DNA of 64,000 bases from the human T2T-CHM13v2.0 reference genome, Homo sapiens. Under the pieces are notes generated by a model, which worked only from the letters and a program-made list of their open reading frames with translations, made no database searches and was not told the origin of the DNA. This document shows positions 1 to 15,260 of the stretch, in pieces (within the stretch, counting starts at the first letter, position 1; every line of letters starts with the position of its first letter). A program made the translations under genes and the position numbers. Location of the stretch: NCBI RefSeq assembly GCF_009914755.1, contig NC_060934.1. One strand, given 5' to 3'.

Positions 1-224
1 AAATGAAAATGAAGCTCTTTTAACATGATCATTGAAAGACTTAATAAACATTACCTACATGTGCTCAATAGTAAGAAAGTGAGTTACAGATTATTATATA
101 ATACCAGTTTTACATCTGTTTTCAATAGTCCACTAAAGAAATGTCAGATATTTTACCAAGCCCCCACACAGAAACACTGCTCAAGATAGCAGGGTTTTCA
201 AGGTCAGGAAATGAACTACACTGT

Positions 225-300
225 GTTAAACTCCATCCCCAGAGTCTAGCAAGTGGCAAGCACATAATAAGTGCCATATAAATGTTTGCTGAATGAAGGG
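225..300 (+). mobile_element. L2 LINE 3' end fragment
   Basis: ccccagagtctagca...cacataataagtgccatataaatgtttgctgaatgaa matches the L2 3' terminus. Confidence 0.6.
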
Positions 301-1019
301 GTGAAGTGGCTAATGGCATTTCATTGCATTGTTTATTTTTAAAATTCTAGGTAAAGACCTGCTTCGTTTCCCTACTTGCTTGCTAATCATAGCACATAAA
401 CTTATAAACCAGCATTGGCTTAATGGCTTTTGACATGCTAGTGAGTGACTTTACCTCGGTTACATTTTAATTGCTGGTCTTTTTGCTGGTCTTTCTGCAG
501 TGCTAGAACTGGGACATTGCTGATCAACAGAAGATACCCGATTTGCTTAGTAAAGAAGAATTAGGCATTCATAAAAGCTACCCTCTCATCTGCATGTCCA
601 CCGAGGGTGAATTATAGCCCACCTGGTTTTCCCAGGGTCCTGAGACCTCACCTCCCCTAAAAACCTTACTCAAAAGAGGCACATCTATTTATCATATCAC
701 AGAGGTGCCGTTACAGGGTCCCCCATGGAATCCCCAACTCTTAGAGATGTGCAACCATAGTATGTGGCAGGGGAAGAGAGCAACATGAGTGATTTCCAGG
801 CTTCGGGGGACCTTGCAGAAATCACACTTTTCTCTGCTAGAGGAGAAGCAATACCCTTTGTTCTTGGGTAGAACTTGGTGGCTCGTTTTGCAGGTTATCT
901 CATACAGGCCAAAAGTACATTCTGTGTAGACTGCCGAACTGGATGCTGTAGCAAGGAGCCTTGGTGGAGCGCAAGAGCATCCCAGGGCCCTGAGTCAGTG
1001 CCAGGCAGAATCACACAAA

Positions 1020-1140
1020 CTCATTGCATATTCATTCCTCAGATGTTTATTGGCAACTACTATGTACCAGGCCCTCCTCTTGACACTGGGATGCAAGGAC
1101 CACAAATCCTTGCTCCGGCGCAGCCTGCAATTTAGGGGAA
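1020..1140 (-). mobile_element. L2 LINE 3' end fragment
   Basis: cattcctcagatgtttattggcaactactatgtaccaggc is the reverse complement of the L2 3' terminus. Confidence 0.55.
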
Positions 1141-1194
1141 ATTGTTCATATGCAAAGAGTATGTAGCAAGTGTTGTCAAGAGTCAATACTCTTG

Positions 1195-1360
1195 ATTTGT
1201 ATTAACTCATTCAATCCACACAATAACACATTGTGGTAGATTCTGTTATTGCTTCCAGTTTCACATGAGGAAACTGAGGCATGGGGAGATTAGGTTATTT
1301 GCCCAGGGTTATGCAACTATTAATGGCAGAGTTGGAATTCAAACCCTGACTCTGCTTCGG
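1195..1360 (-). mobile_element. MIR SINE
   Basis: MIR core in reverse: atgaggaaactgaggc...ttatttgcccagggtt...atggcagagttggaattcaaaccc. Confidence 0.8.
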
Positions 1361-2055
1361 AAATCTTCACTTGCAACCACTGCAGTGGCTTTTTGGACCG
1401 AGGTCTCGAAGCACTGGGTGACCACATCTACACATGCTGGAGCAGTACTGTAGAGCAAAATGGACATACAATGTGTCGATCAACAGAGTAATATGGTAGG
1501 GGAAATTATTTTGACAAGCGAGACTGCGATTTTCCTTAGGAAGAGACACTTAGGGCAACAACAGACGAGTCACGTCAGTCCTCAGGGTAGCCTGGCTCCA
1601 AAGCTTCAGAGGAGAGGAATGTGGCTTATATAATACAAGAGAAGCATATGGGGCTCCTGAGACCCTCTGGGAGGATGAAGATAAGCAAAAGAGATGGAGA
1701 GAGAGTGGGGAGAGAGAGTGAGAGAGTGAGATGGTGGAAGGAAGGCGAGGCACCGAGTGGTGGTTGACTGTCTCTGAATACTCCATCCAGCAAATCTTAA
1801 GGAACATCTATCAATCTTCATGACCAATTGTCATAATGACTGGTCATTGGTGTGAAGGCCGTTGTTATGGTTGGAAACAGAGGAGGACTAAGGTTCACAT
1901 TGGGAAAGGTGTGGTGCAAGACAGAGGCTGCACTGGCTGAAACCGTAGTTTAGAGAGAAAGGATGCCAGTGGTTTACAAACTCTTGGGGAGATCTCTGAG
2001 TGAGCTTTGGACTTCCACTGGCCATGGACTTGAGCAGGGGATTTTCAGGTGATTT

Positions 2056-2555
2056 TGAAGTAGGAGGTGGGACTCAACTCTGGAGTCAGGGCTCAGACAC
2101 CGGACCAAATTGAGGACTAGCTAAAACAGGGATGGGGCAGAAGCATGCTTTTCATAAGACACACCCACCGTTGTGCCATGTCAGTTTACCATTGCCATGG
2201 CAACACCCAGGAGTTATTGCCCCTTTCCATGGCAATGACCTGAAGACCCAGAAGTTACTACCCTTCCCCTAGAAATTTCTGCATAAACCGCCCCCGAACC
2301 TACAAGTAATTAAAAGTAGGTGTGAATATGACTCCCGAACTGCTCTGAGCTGCTAATCTCAGCACACTGCCTGTGGAGCACCCTACTTTGCAGGAGCAGT
2401 CACTGAGCTGCACCACCACCAGAGCTGCAACACTGCTGCTTCCATAAAGCTGTTTTCTTCTACCCTACCACCAGCTCGCCCTTGAATTCTTTCCTGGGCA
2501 AATCCAGGAACCTTCATGAGCTAAGCCCCACTTGGGGCTTGCCTGCCCTATATCA
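2056..2555 (+). mobile_element. Solo ERV1 LTR, MER66-like
   Basis: Starts TG, ends CA; 4-bp target-site duplication (TSD) ATTT at 2052-2055 and 2556-2559; ggaccaaattgaggactagctaaaacagg and ccatggcaac motifs; cttgaattctttcctggg near the 3' end. Confidence 0.8.
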
Positions 2556-2859
2556 ATTTCACCTAGATCTTAGTGGCCTGTGGCTGAGTTCCAGGTTAAT
2601 AGTCAGCATGATCACATCAGGTAGACAATTACAAATTTCTCTCTTCATTCTCCTCCCAAAGTTTATTGCCCCCCATGAGTTGGTCTAATAAAGATTGGAT
2701 ATAACAGTTAACCCTAGATTCACCTTGACACCTGGATTCATCTCCCCATCCCACCAGAGGAAGAAGGGATTGTTATCTTGACAAGTGAAACTATCAAAAA
2801 AGGAAATACCAGTTGCTCATCTCTGGACAATTATCCCTACAAAACTCACAACTTTTGAT

Positions 2860-3020
2860 CACTTATGTGCAATCTCTTTACATCTGTAAGTGCTTTGAAT
2901 CCCAACAATAATGCCACAAATTTTTAAGCCCATTTCAAAAAAAAAAAAAAAAAAAAGACAGAGACTCAGAGAGATCAAACGGTTAGCAAGCAGTCAAGTG
3001 GGGATACCACCTAGGTCTGC
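2860..3020 (-). mobile_element. Degraded MIR with internal A20 run
   Basis: aatcccaacaata...cccatttc(A)20 gacagagactcagagag. Confidence 0.5.
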
Positions 3021-4929
3021 AGGGCAGCAAAAAGGCCACATGCGCTCCCCCAGCTCTCTCTAGTCAGGCAGTGGCCACACCAGAGGTTGCAGGACTTCTC
3101 CATGGCTCAGTACCATGTTCTCTGAGCATCAGAACAAATGATTGCCTTGAAACTAATTAGCTGCTCATTCTCAAAACTAATTAATCTTTGTTAAGCTCAC
3201 TGAAGTCTCACCTTCAATGACTGAAAATACCAAACTTGAGTTCATCATCAAAGACAGCTCCCCAGCAGGAAACATACTCATCTAAATGACTCAGCCTCCT
3301 GAGCTACCTGGGCCCTGGTGGGAGAAGGTAGTCTGGCAACAGGCAGAACTGTAATCCACAAGTGTGGAGCAGAGCCAACCCCTGCTTACACAGACTGGAG
3401 CTGGGCACACATTATTAAAACATAAGCTGAAAATCACTTATTCTGCTTTAGGTGATTAATAGAGTTGGCTTTTTCCTGGGACATAGAGGCAGCCCTGAGA
3501 AATGAGGCAATTATTCCCAGTGAATGGGGATGTTAAGGGACTTGTTGCTAATAGGGTGGTGTGTACAATTTCATGGTTAATTAGTACTTTTGCGGGGAGC
3601 ACCGCTACATTGCCCAGCCTAAACAGAGTTCCTAACCCTGCCCTCTCCTTGCCTTCAAATTGTTATGAAGTAAACATTAAGGACTGAGGAGATCAAAGAA
3701 GCTCTGGGTTAATTGGAACCCAGCAATGATGCTGGAGATGATTTTTGGGTTAATCTCGGAGGAGCCACCTCAGTGCCCTCCATGGTGCAGCAGAAGCACT
3801 CAGAGATGTGGTTTCTAGGGGGAAAAAAATGACTTTTAATCAAGACTGCGAAATGAAATTACGTGTCTAATTAGATAGAAACAACCACAAAACCACAAAC
3901 TAGGGAGCTCGCTGTAATATTGAGCTTCTGTTCTCAGAGGTTAGCAAGAACTTAGGCGTAAACTCTGCTGATGAAGGCATTTGGATTTTTGTTCTCTGGC
4001 CGACTGAAACTTCCCAGGAGGAAAATAACGGTTGTTTTGTCCTCATTGGAAACACCTGATGTGGCAATGCGGTGACTGCATTCCCTTTGTCAGCTTCTGC
4101 TTTTTGCTCTCCTGGCCCTGACCTCAAGTTCACCATCCTTGCACACAAATGAACATGTGTTCATTTTCCTCACTTTGGGAAGCAAATTCCAGATGCCCAG
4201 TGAAGAAGTCAAAGTATTTTGAGGTTCCAGGATCAGAGATCACCAGGAAGGGGCTCTAATTTGCATTTATTTCATTTCAAGTTCATAGGCATACGAAGCA
4301 GAGTACCATATTTTTTTTAATAGAGAATAGAAGACATTGACTTCTTTGACCTCTAGAGGATCACTTGAGTGCCCATCTTAGGTAAAAGTAGGGCAGAGAG
4401 GCAGCCACTCCCTTGGGATTGTGAGTCTATTTACGTAATTACTTCCTTTGGAGCCTTCAAAACCTTACAGAGGCCTCTAAGAGAAGAGGCACCAAAACTC
4501 CAATACCTGCAATTTAATATTCTAAGTTACAGGCACTTGTCAGGGGAGGCCAGAGTGGCTCTTCCAGGCCCAGGAGCAGAGGCATGCCAAAAGATTTGGG
4601 AATAAAATCATTTCAAGGAAAAGGAGATCCAGGCTAGGGGCCTGGGCTGAAGCCCCAGCACATGAGGCTCATGGCAACACTCCCAGCTGATGCTAAAGGC
4701 CTCTCCCCTCTGGAGCCAGGGTTCTGGGTGAGTGCTTGTGTTTGGAAATACCATGTGAAGGGGTGGAAGCTGAAAATGGTAGATCCACATGGCTTAAAGC
4801 CACACTCACTTTTTATTCAGGACACATCCCACTGAAGACTCACCTTATTTATAGTGTCAACATGTAATAATAATAACATTATGGGACACTGGAGGACATG
4901 CTGGGAGGTTTGCAAGCTCAAAGGCCCTA

Positions 4930-5230
4930 CAGGCTTTGGCTCTTTGGTTCCTTCCCCTTTCTGAAGCTCAGTCCCTTCTCTACAAAATGGAAATGGTAAT
5001 TGACCTGTCTCCCAGAATGAGTGCAAGAACTGAAACCAGAAAGAGCCCTTCTATGCATCAAGCCTTGTGCCAAGTTCCTACCTATGTTGTCTTGCTTTCT
5101 GTCATTCCATGAGGCTGGAGCTACCACTAGCCCTGTTTCACAGATGAGGAGAGGAGGCTCAGGGAAGTTAAGCAACTTGGTACTGAAGTCATTAGCCAGT
5201 AAACGGCAGGACTGAGAAGTGAACTCATGT
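4930..5230. mobile_element. Two adjacent MIR fragments (+ then -)
   Basis: ctcagtcccttctctacaaaatgg (+); cagatgaggagaggaggctcagggaagttaagcaacttgg (-). Confidence 0.6.
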
Positions 5231-5369
5231 ATTGACAACAGGCCTGTCACCATCACATGATGCTGAGTGTCTGAGCAATTGACCAGGCCTCCAGCAGCCT
5301 CTTAAGTGGCAGCCACAGCCTCATCCCCCTCTACTCCTACCAACATACTTTGATTAGATGAGTGGGATG

Positions 5370-5475
5370 GTGCAGGAGGATCTCTTACACATTGTATTGA
5401 TCCATATCAAATTGTATCTTGTTAGACTTGACCCAACGTTCCAGCAGTGTAGATATTTTTGACCCATAAAATTTC
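5370..5475 (-). mobile_element. L3/CR1 fragment
   Basis: aaattgtatcttgttagacttgacccaacgttccagcagtgtagatatttttga resembles the reverse strand of L3. Confidence 0.45.
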
Positions 5476-6559
5476 CTCTTAAAGATATTATTTCCTGAAT
5501 AAGAATAACTGGTGGAGATGCGGCTACTATATGGCCCAGGAAAAGCCTGGCCTGATTGTGAGATTGGGGGACTGAACTAGAAAGCAAGTCCGGCTATGCC
5601 ACACCAGGAAGAGACGTGCTTAATCCCTGGATAAGGCAAAGGCTGCTTCTCACTGGCACTGAGAAAATCCAGCCATTACCCAGCAATGGGAACCCTGCCA
5701 GAATCAAGGTGACTCTAGATGACATGCATTTTCCAGGGCACTAGGCCTGTCAGTGGTTATGGCTGCATTGCTTGGCTTTGACTACCTCTGGGACCAGATT
5801 CATCCATGATTCTTACTTGTCCAAGCCTTTGAGAAATACATAACCTCCTCTTGGAGACATATTTGGGCTCTGCCTGCAACTCACCTCTTCTTCTTCTTCT
5901 TTTTGTCATCGTTTAAGCCCAGCAAGCTATTGTCAGTGTTTCTTTAATAGAATGTCTATGTTGCCCCTTCCACAGCTGGTTTGCAAAGGTGAGACTCTCC
6001 TCCGTTCACAGGGACACATGTGTGTACATGTTAAACACCCACCAGAGAGCTCAATCTGATTTTCTGATCATCCATCTTTGTCAAAATGTGTGGCAGGCAA
6101 AGGAGAAATGATGGCATCCATGCACACACACAAACCCAGGTGTGTTCCTACCAGACTCAGCCAGGCGTGATTCCACAGATGGCTCACAGGGATCACTGGA
6201 AAATCAAGTCAATACACTTAAGAGGGGTGACCAAGGAGACAGGGCGTCAGTAACACTTTATAAGAAATGTCTGTGTTTCTAACATTTAGCCACTTAAGCA
6301 TTTTAAAAGGAGGCACACAATTTCTCTATTGGCAAAACCTACTTGGAATTTACAATGCTCAAAAGTATTTGTAAGAAGTATGTGTGTGTATATATGTAGT
6401 GTTTAGTATTAAATTAATAAATAATTTTACACATTTTAAACATTTATTTATTTAATAATGTGTGGATAAGTTTTCAAATGTGTACCCATGGCTGAACTTG
6501 TATAAGAACTCTGAAAAACACATGAAGAAATGCTGATCCACTTCTGGTAAGCAAAAACC

Positions 6560-8490
<1,931 letters not shown>

Positions 8491-8522
8491 ATGTTAAAGT
8501 TATTTCTTCAAAGACAGATGAT

Positions 8523-8643
8523 GTCTGTGGCCCTACCACCCTGAACACGCCTTGTCTCCTCTAATCTTGGAAGTTAAGCAGAGTTAGGCCTGGTTAGTAC
8601 TTGAATGGGAGACTGCCTGGGAATACCAGGTGCTGTCGGCTTT
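8523..8643 (+). pseudogene. Full-length 5S rRNA pseudogene
   Basis: Gapless 121-nt match to 5S rRNA (18 mismatches by my manual count against the recalled sequence, many at CpG); ends in a T-run; box C mutated (tgaatggg); possible degraded TSD agacagat on both sides. Confidence 0.95.
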
Positions 8644-8899
8644 TTAAATGAATAGACAGATAGATACATATGTTTAAAAAAAATGAGATAACTAAATGTT
8701 AATGGAACAGATCACAGAGAACACAAAAATAAAAGAAACTCTGGTACTACAGAGATAAAGAACAAACATAGAGAAGAAGAATGGGAAAGGGAGTCAAACT
8801 CTGTGGAACTAAAGCAAAGTGCTAGAGGCAGATAATTGGGATTGTGAAGGAATAAGGCATACAATTATACACCACAACATGTTTGAACTATTCATATAC

Positions 8900-9350
8900 A
8901 TTACATAAAACTAATATGTATGTGCACACATATGCAGATTTCATAATTCAAAACATTTCAATAGGCAATGAATGCCCTTTGTCCCCAGCAATTGTAGATC
9001 TAGAAATCTTTTTAAAGAAAATCACTAAGAATGTGCTCAAAGACAGGTACAAAGCTGTACCTCACACACAAATGCTCAGAAACAGGTGATTAATTTAGTA
9101 AGTCATGGCCTCCCATACGATGGAATGCCAAGGCACCAAATTTATGCTGCAGCATATTTAGTGATACAAAAAGATGTTTACCCTCCGCTGCAAAGGTATA
9201 CACTAACATATTCACTGCAGTTATCCCAGGGAATGGGGTAATGGATGACTTTTATTCTTTTTGCACATTAATATTTTCTAATTTTTCTACAATTAATATA
9301 TATTCCTTGTGTAATAAAAAACAAAAGTTATTTACAAAGAAAAAAGAAAA
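8900..9350 (+). mobile_element. L1ME-type 3' end fragment
   Basis: ccccagcaattgtagatctagaaatct...ataatggatgacttttattc...ttgtgtaataaaaaa. Confidence 0.55.
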
Positions 9351-9382
9351 AGCTGAGCTTTGTTGATTGATATCTGAGATAG

Positions 9383-9728
<346 letters not shown>

Positions 9729-9877
9729 TTTACTGCAATATTTTTAAAACTGTGCTATGGTGAAATCCAAAAGCTTTCCTCAGAGGCTTTCCTCAGGGGC
9801 TGCTGAGGGCAAGAGAGACAGGGAAAGGGGAAAGATGCAGGATTTGAGGCTGTCCTCCACATGCTGGCCCCCATCCC

Positions 9878-10011
9878 TACACAGACACACACACACTTAC
9901 ACATGCATGGGCACACACATGCTCATATGTGTGCATAAGCACATGCTCACACACGTGTGCACACATGCACACACACGTTTACACACATACACAAGCTCTC
10001 TTACACACACA
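9878..10011 (+). repeat. Degenerate (CA)n/(CATG) microsatellite
   Basis: acacacacacacacttacacatgcatgggcacacacatgc... Confidence 0.85.
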
Positions 10012-10719
10012 GTCAGCCAGAGTAATTCCACTTTCCCATGTTTTGTAAATAGGCCTTCTGCCTAAAATGGAACCTTAATAAAGGAGTCTGTAGATGGAAA
10101 AAAAACACAAATACTATGCCATGAAGTTCTGTCCTTATGCCTAGTCCAGGCTCCAAAAAGCCACTTAACTCTCATGACCCCCTGAAAATGCCTTCTCAGA
10201 ACTCATATAGTAAGCCAGAAGTGTTATCATCCCAGGCAGGCAAAAGAGCAACTCTGAAGGCCCAGAGTGCGATACCACAGGACTCACAGGGAGGCAGAGA
10301 GCAGGCTTTTCTGTCTACTCGAGTTGGGGCTGGGGGTTGGGGTGGGTAGCACCCAGCAGGCAAGGTGAAACCAGAGTGGGCATCAGAGACAAGAGAAATT
10401 CCTGGAAGGGAGTCAAGCCCCCTCCAGCTGATGCGGTTGGTCTTTGAGAATATGCTGACCCTCTTCTCTCATCAAAGATGACTTGTTGCTGGATTTAGGC
10501 AACAAATTTAGGCTGATCTTCCCCTAACTCTAAAAGAAGATCAAAAGCAGTGTCCTGCCAACCCCCTTCTGGGTGAGGGCCCCTCACTTATCCACAGCTT
10601 TCCTCCCTGGGTGTAAAGGAGAGAGCAGTGTGCCCTGCAAAGGCTCAGGCCAGAGGGACTTCTCATTTTGGCCCCTGGCTGCATAAAGTGGCTGACCCTG
10701 TGTCTAGCTCTGCAAACTC

Positions 10720-10826
10720 TTAAGTGTAATAATAACATAATAGCAGCTATCTCTTAATGTGTTTTCACTATCAAGCACTATAAGAACACAATCTTATTTA
10801 AGCCTCACAGCAAGGATATGAGGTGG
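10720..10826 (-). mobile_element. MIR fragment split by the downstream MLT1 insertions (continues ~11338-11385 and ~12095-12140)
   Basis: aataataacataatagcagctatc...atcttatttaagcctcacagcaa...gaggt | ggtgagtaccattatt...gaaac | tcacagctggtaggtgacaaagttagattcc. Confidence 0.6.
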
Positions 10827-11337
10827 TGTAGAAGATTCACTGTAAAAATGGTCCCACTTCCCAGTCCTCTCTGTATCCCTGCTCTTGGCCATGTGACTTT
10901 GCAGCTTCTCCCATTAGGGGGTGGGGTCTACATTTCATCCCTTGACTTTGGGCAGATATTGTGACTTTCTTTGGCCAATAGAATGAGGCGGAAGTGACGT
11001 GCCACTTCTGAGCCTAGATCTCAAGAGCTCTTGCCCATTTCCACTCACTCTCTGGGAATCTTGCCATTTCCATGAGAATGAGCCTGGGCTAGCCTGCTGG
11101 GGATGGAAGACCATGTGGAGAAAAGCCACATGAGCCAAGGCCACCCTCAACCAGCCAAAACTTAAGCTGACCACAGACATCAGTGACCTCACCCACGATC
11201 AGCCAAGCCTGACCCAGGAAAGCAAACCTACCCAGCTGACGTGTAGTATCACGAGAAATAAAACGTGGTTGTTGCCTAAAACTGCAAGTTTGGGGAGAGT
11301 TACACTGCATTATTATGGCAATAAATAACTGGATACA
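10827..11337 (+). mobile_element. MaLR solo LTR, MLT1G/H-like
   Basis: TG...CA ends; near-TSD ggtgg/ggtga; ggccaatagaatgaggcggaagtgac and ggcaataaataactggataca. Confidence 0.75.
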
Positions 11338-11386
11338 GGTGAGTACCATTATTGCTGCTAAACTCAAGTTGAGAAAGAAACTTTTC

Positions 11387-12095
<709 letters not shown>

Positions 12096-13719
12096 CGTCT
12101 CACAGCTGGTAGGTGACAAAGTTAGATTCCAAAGCTTAATAAGGAGTTCACAGCTTCCTGCCCAGCCTCAGGGCTGTGACCAGAGCAGGTGGACTCCACT
12201 CCACTTCAAATTTCTCAGCCACACCCTTGGGGCTGCCTCCTGCCTTGAGTTGTCCCAGAATCCTAAATGTTCTAGGCACATGGAATTCCAAGGCTGGAAA
12301 CAGACTTGGAGGGCATTAACTCCAACTTCCTGGTTCTATAGATGATGATGCTGAAGACCAGATGATTCAAATGAATTGGCCAAGGTCAGACTGTATAGAA
12401 AGGCAAAAGAAATGTTGCAACAAAGATCTCCCAAGGAAGTGCTCATTTGTCCAAACCAAGCTGATCTGCTTTTCCAGGTGTAATAAGAACAAGGAAGAAT
12501 TGTCCTTCAAGAATTCTCATCTCATTTCCAACCCGTGTCCCAAGGGTGCCAATCTTGAGTTCCAGAAGCCAGAACTCTTAGGATCTGCTTATGAATTCCT
12601 ACTCCCACCTGTCCCCATTCCCAAACCCTTCCCCATAAATCAGACTGCCGAGCCACACAGTTAACATAGCACAGACAGATGGTAGGACCTGGGTGTCTCC
12701 TTTACAGCCAAAGAAATGAAGTTGCTTCCGCCCACCAGCATCATTGAGGCAGCAGCTCCCTGCATGCAGCAGACAGAGCCCCCAGGTCACACGCACAGCC
12801 TCTGCAAAGCCACGTGGTGGATCTTATAGCAGAGACTGTAGCTTAAGGAGGCTATTTGGCTGTTGCCCATACATATGGCAGCCTGGCAGGCCCTTCCAAG
12901 GGCTTGAAAACCACATAGCAATCAGGAGCCCCTAGGGCCTCGGGCCCATCTGCAGTGCAAAGACAGAGCCTCATTTGAGATGCCACGAAGCATCAGAAGA
13001 TGCCTTGTGCTTCCTGCAGAGCTGGCGAACTGCCCCTTGCCTGGCTTTAGACTGTGGTAGAACTCTTAGCGAAGGTGAAGTTCCTTCAGCACATCCATAA
13101 AGGGCTGCTGTCCCTGGGACTCAGGCTGCATTCCAACTAACAAGACATGGTCCTGGCCCTCGAGAACCCTCCAGTGAGTGGAGAGGACTCTACAGAGGTT
13201 TCTACAGGGTTGTGAGCCCACAGAGAGGGCAACTAATCCTGGCTTGGAGAGAGAGACAGAGTAGAAGGAGCATTAAAGAAACCTTTTCAGAGAACAGGAC
13301 ATTTGGGTCTTCAAGGAGATCCCTCCTGCAGTCACTTCTCTGAAGATTTCACAGAAGTCACCTAGGATTCAGGTCAGGAATGAGGTGGATGAGAACTCTG
13401 CCTTCTGTGGTACCACATAGTAACCTCCCAGATGTGCCAGGTTCCCCAGTGTCTGGGATGACCTTCTTCTGCAATGGCCAGACATGGCCTGTATCCCCAT
13501 CCTGCTTAGTGCAGCTGCACTGCATCAACCAAGCCATGGCTCTTCTCTGTTCTTAAATAAAGATGATAACCTTTGACGACACCCTGCAGTCTCAACCTTT
13601 GCCTACTCCATTGGCCCTCGGGTGTTCACTGTAGCCTTCCCTTGCTGGGTTCCCAACATCCCAATTTCCTTCAGTTCCTCGACTAACATCCCTCAGCACA
13701 GAGGGATCAGTTTTCCCAC

Positions 13720-14030
13720 TTGGTTCAGTTTTCCCACTCTCAGGTCTCACCTCAAGGACCACTGCCTCAGGGAAGTCTTCCCTGACCCTCCAGTTTCGGG
13801 CCATTTCCTCAGTTACTCCCTCTCAGAACCACATCTCTTTCTTTCTCCACACTCTAATGCATCTTGACTTTATTCTCCTGGCCATGGAACTGTTTAGTTA
13901 ATGTCTGTCTTTCCCACAAGTCAGTAAACCCCAGGAGAGTAGGAGCCATGCCTGCTTTGGCTTACGCATGCATGTTGATTATCTAACACTATGCCAGGCA
14001 TGCGGTGTGCGCTCCAGAAATGTTCGTGGA
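13720..14030 (+). mobile_element. L2 3' fragment
   Basis: cactgcctcagggaagtcttccctgacc...tgtctgtctttcccac...gcagccatg-type blocks. Confidence 0.5.
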
Positions 14031-14069
14031 ATTCTAACTAGGAGTTTTGCCTTGGGAAATGGAGGATCC

Positions 14070-14270
14070 ATTGTGTCATAGGTTAGGTGTCCCCAGAAGC
14101 AGATCTTGGGATCAAAATTTGAGTAGAAATCAGCTTTGGGGAAGTAAAACCAGAAAAATCTGATATGGAAGTGGGGAAGAAAGGGAGGAAGGAAGGGAGA
14201 GAGGAAGGGAGGAAGCTGGAGTGCACAAATGAGACCCCTGGGCCCCCCTTCCTCCCCCAGCCCTCCTATG
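14070..14270 (-). mobile_element. ERVL LTR fragment (LTR16/LTR33-like)
   Basis: tgtcataggttaggtgtccccagaagcagatcttggga. Confidence 0.45.
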
Positions 14271-14809
14271 GAAAGGAAGAGAGAAAGCAAGAGGCTGGAT
14301 GGAACACTTGTGTGCAGAACAGGTCAGGTAGAAGCAAGGTAGAACTCAGCTCATTTCTGTGTGACCTTCTAGTTGGTTTGGATGGTTCCGGCCCCAGGTT
14401 CCAGGCATGCTGACATGAGAGCTATCAAGTCCAACCTCTCCATGTTCATTACAACTGGTTCCCCATTAGCCCACAACTTCAGCTTCTCCAGTACAGTGAT
14501 CTTTTAAGATAACTTTCAGCCCACACTCCTGAGTCCCAGAAATACCAAAACTGGCTGATTAAACTAAAAGGTCCAACTCACTCTCTCCAGAGAAAGAAGT
14601 GACACATTGTATAGAGACAATGACCACAGCTCGAAGTTCTGGGCATCCATGTACCTTCATTTCCTGAGCCCATCAGATCTGTGCAAAATGACAGAAACTG
14701 ACATCTGCCAGAGACCTGCGGGAGGGGATTCAAGACCCAAGAAGCAGGTCAGGATGTTAAGATGCCACCCTTCATCTTCCATTAAACTTCTTAATCTGCA
14801 GGCACCATG

Positions 14810-15260
14810 AACTCAGCCAAACATGCAGCAAATATTTTCTTGAGCACCCGCTGTGTGTCTGGCACCATGCTCAGCATGGGGATCACAGCTGTGAAGGGAC
14901 ACCAGGTCCCAGCCCTTGAGGAGCTTATAATTTAGGGGAGGACACATGCATCAATCAAATAATCACCCAAATGCATGCTAAACTGCAGCTGGATAAACGC
15001 TAGGAAGAACAGGTACTGGGCCCTGTGAGGACATAACACTGGGCAGCAGATGGAGTTTGAGCAGGGATGACTGATCTCATCTAGGGACCAGAGGAAGTCA
15101 CCAGAGATGGATATGAGCTCATGAGGAGGAGGAGGCAGGGGAAAAGCATTCCAGCAGAGGAAGCAGCACGTGCAAAGCCCTTGAATAAGTCATGACAAAG
15201 CGGACCCATGGAGGATGAGGATCCATGTGGTCTCAGACAAGGCAGGCAAAGGGAGCAGGT
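14810..15260 (-). mobile_element. L2 LINE
   Basis: cagcaaatattttcttgagcacc..tgtgtctggcaccatgctcagc...gaaaagcattccagcagaggaagcagcacgtgcaaagccc. Confidence 0.8.

Noticed and set aside
1176-1195. 8-bp hairpin tcaagagt-caat-actcttga
   Set aside because: Short enough to occur by chance.
1820-1848. Bulged palindrome atgacca..gtcataatgactggtcat
   Set aside because: Imperfect and short; no supporting context.
2937-2956. A20 run as an independent retro-insertion
   Set aside because: No clear TSD; sits in an A-rich part of a MIR.
13707-13738. 14-bp direct repeat tcagttttcccact; also (ctccaggg)3 near 35500
   Set aside because: Ordinary slippage micro-duplications.
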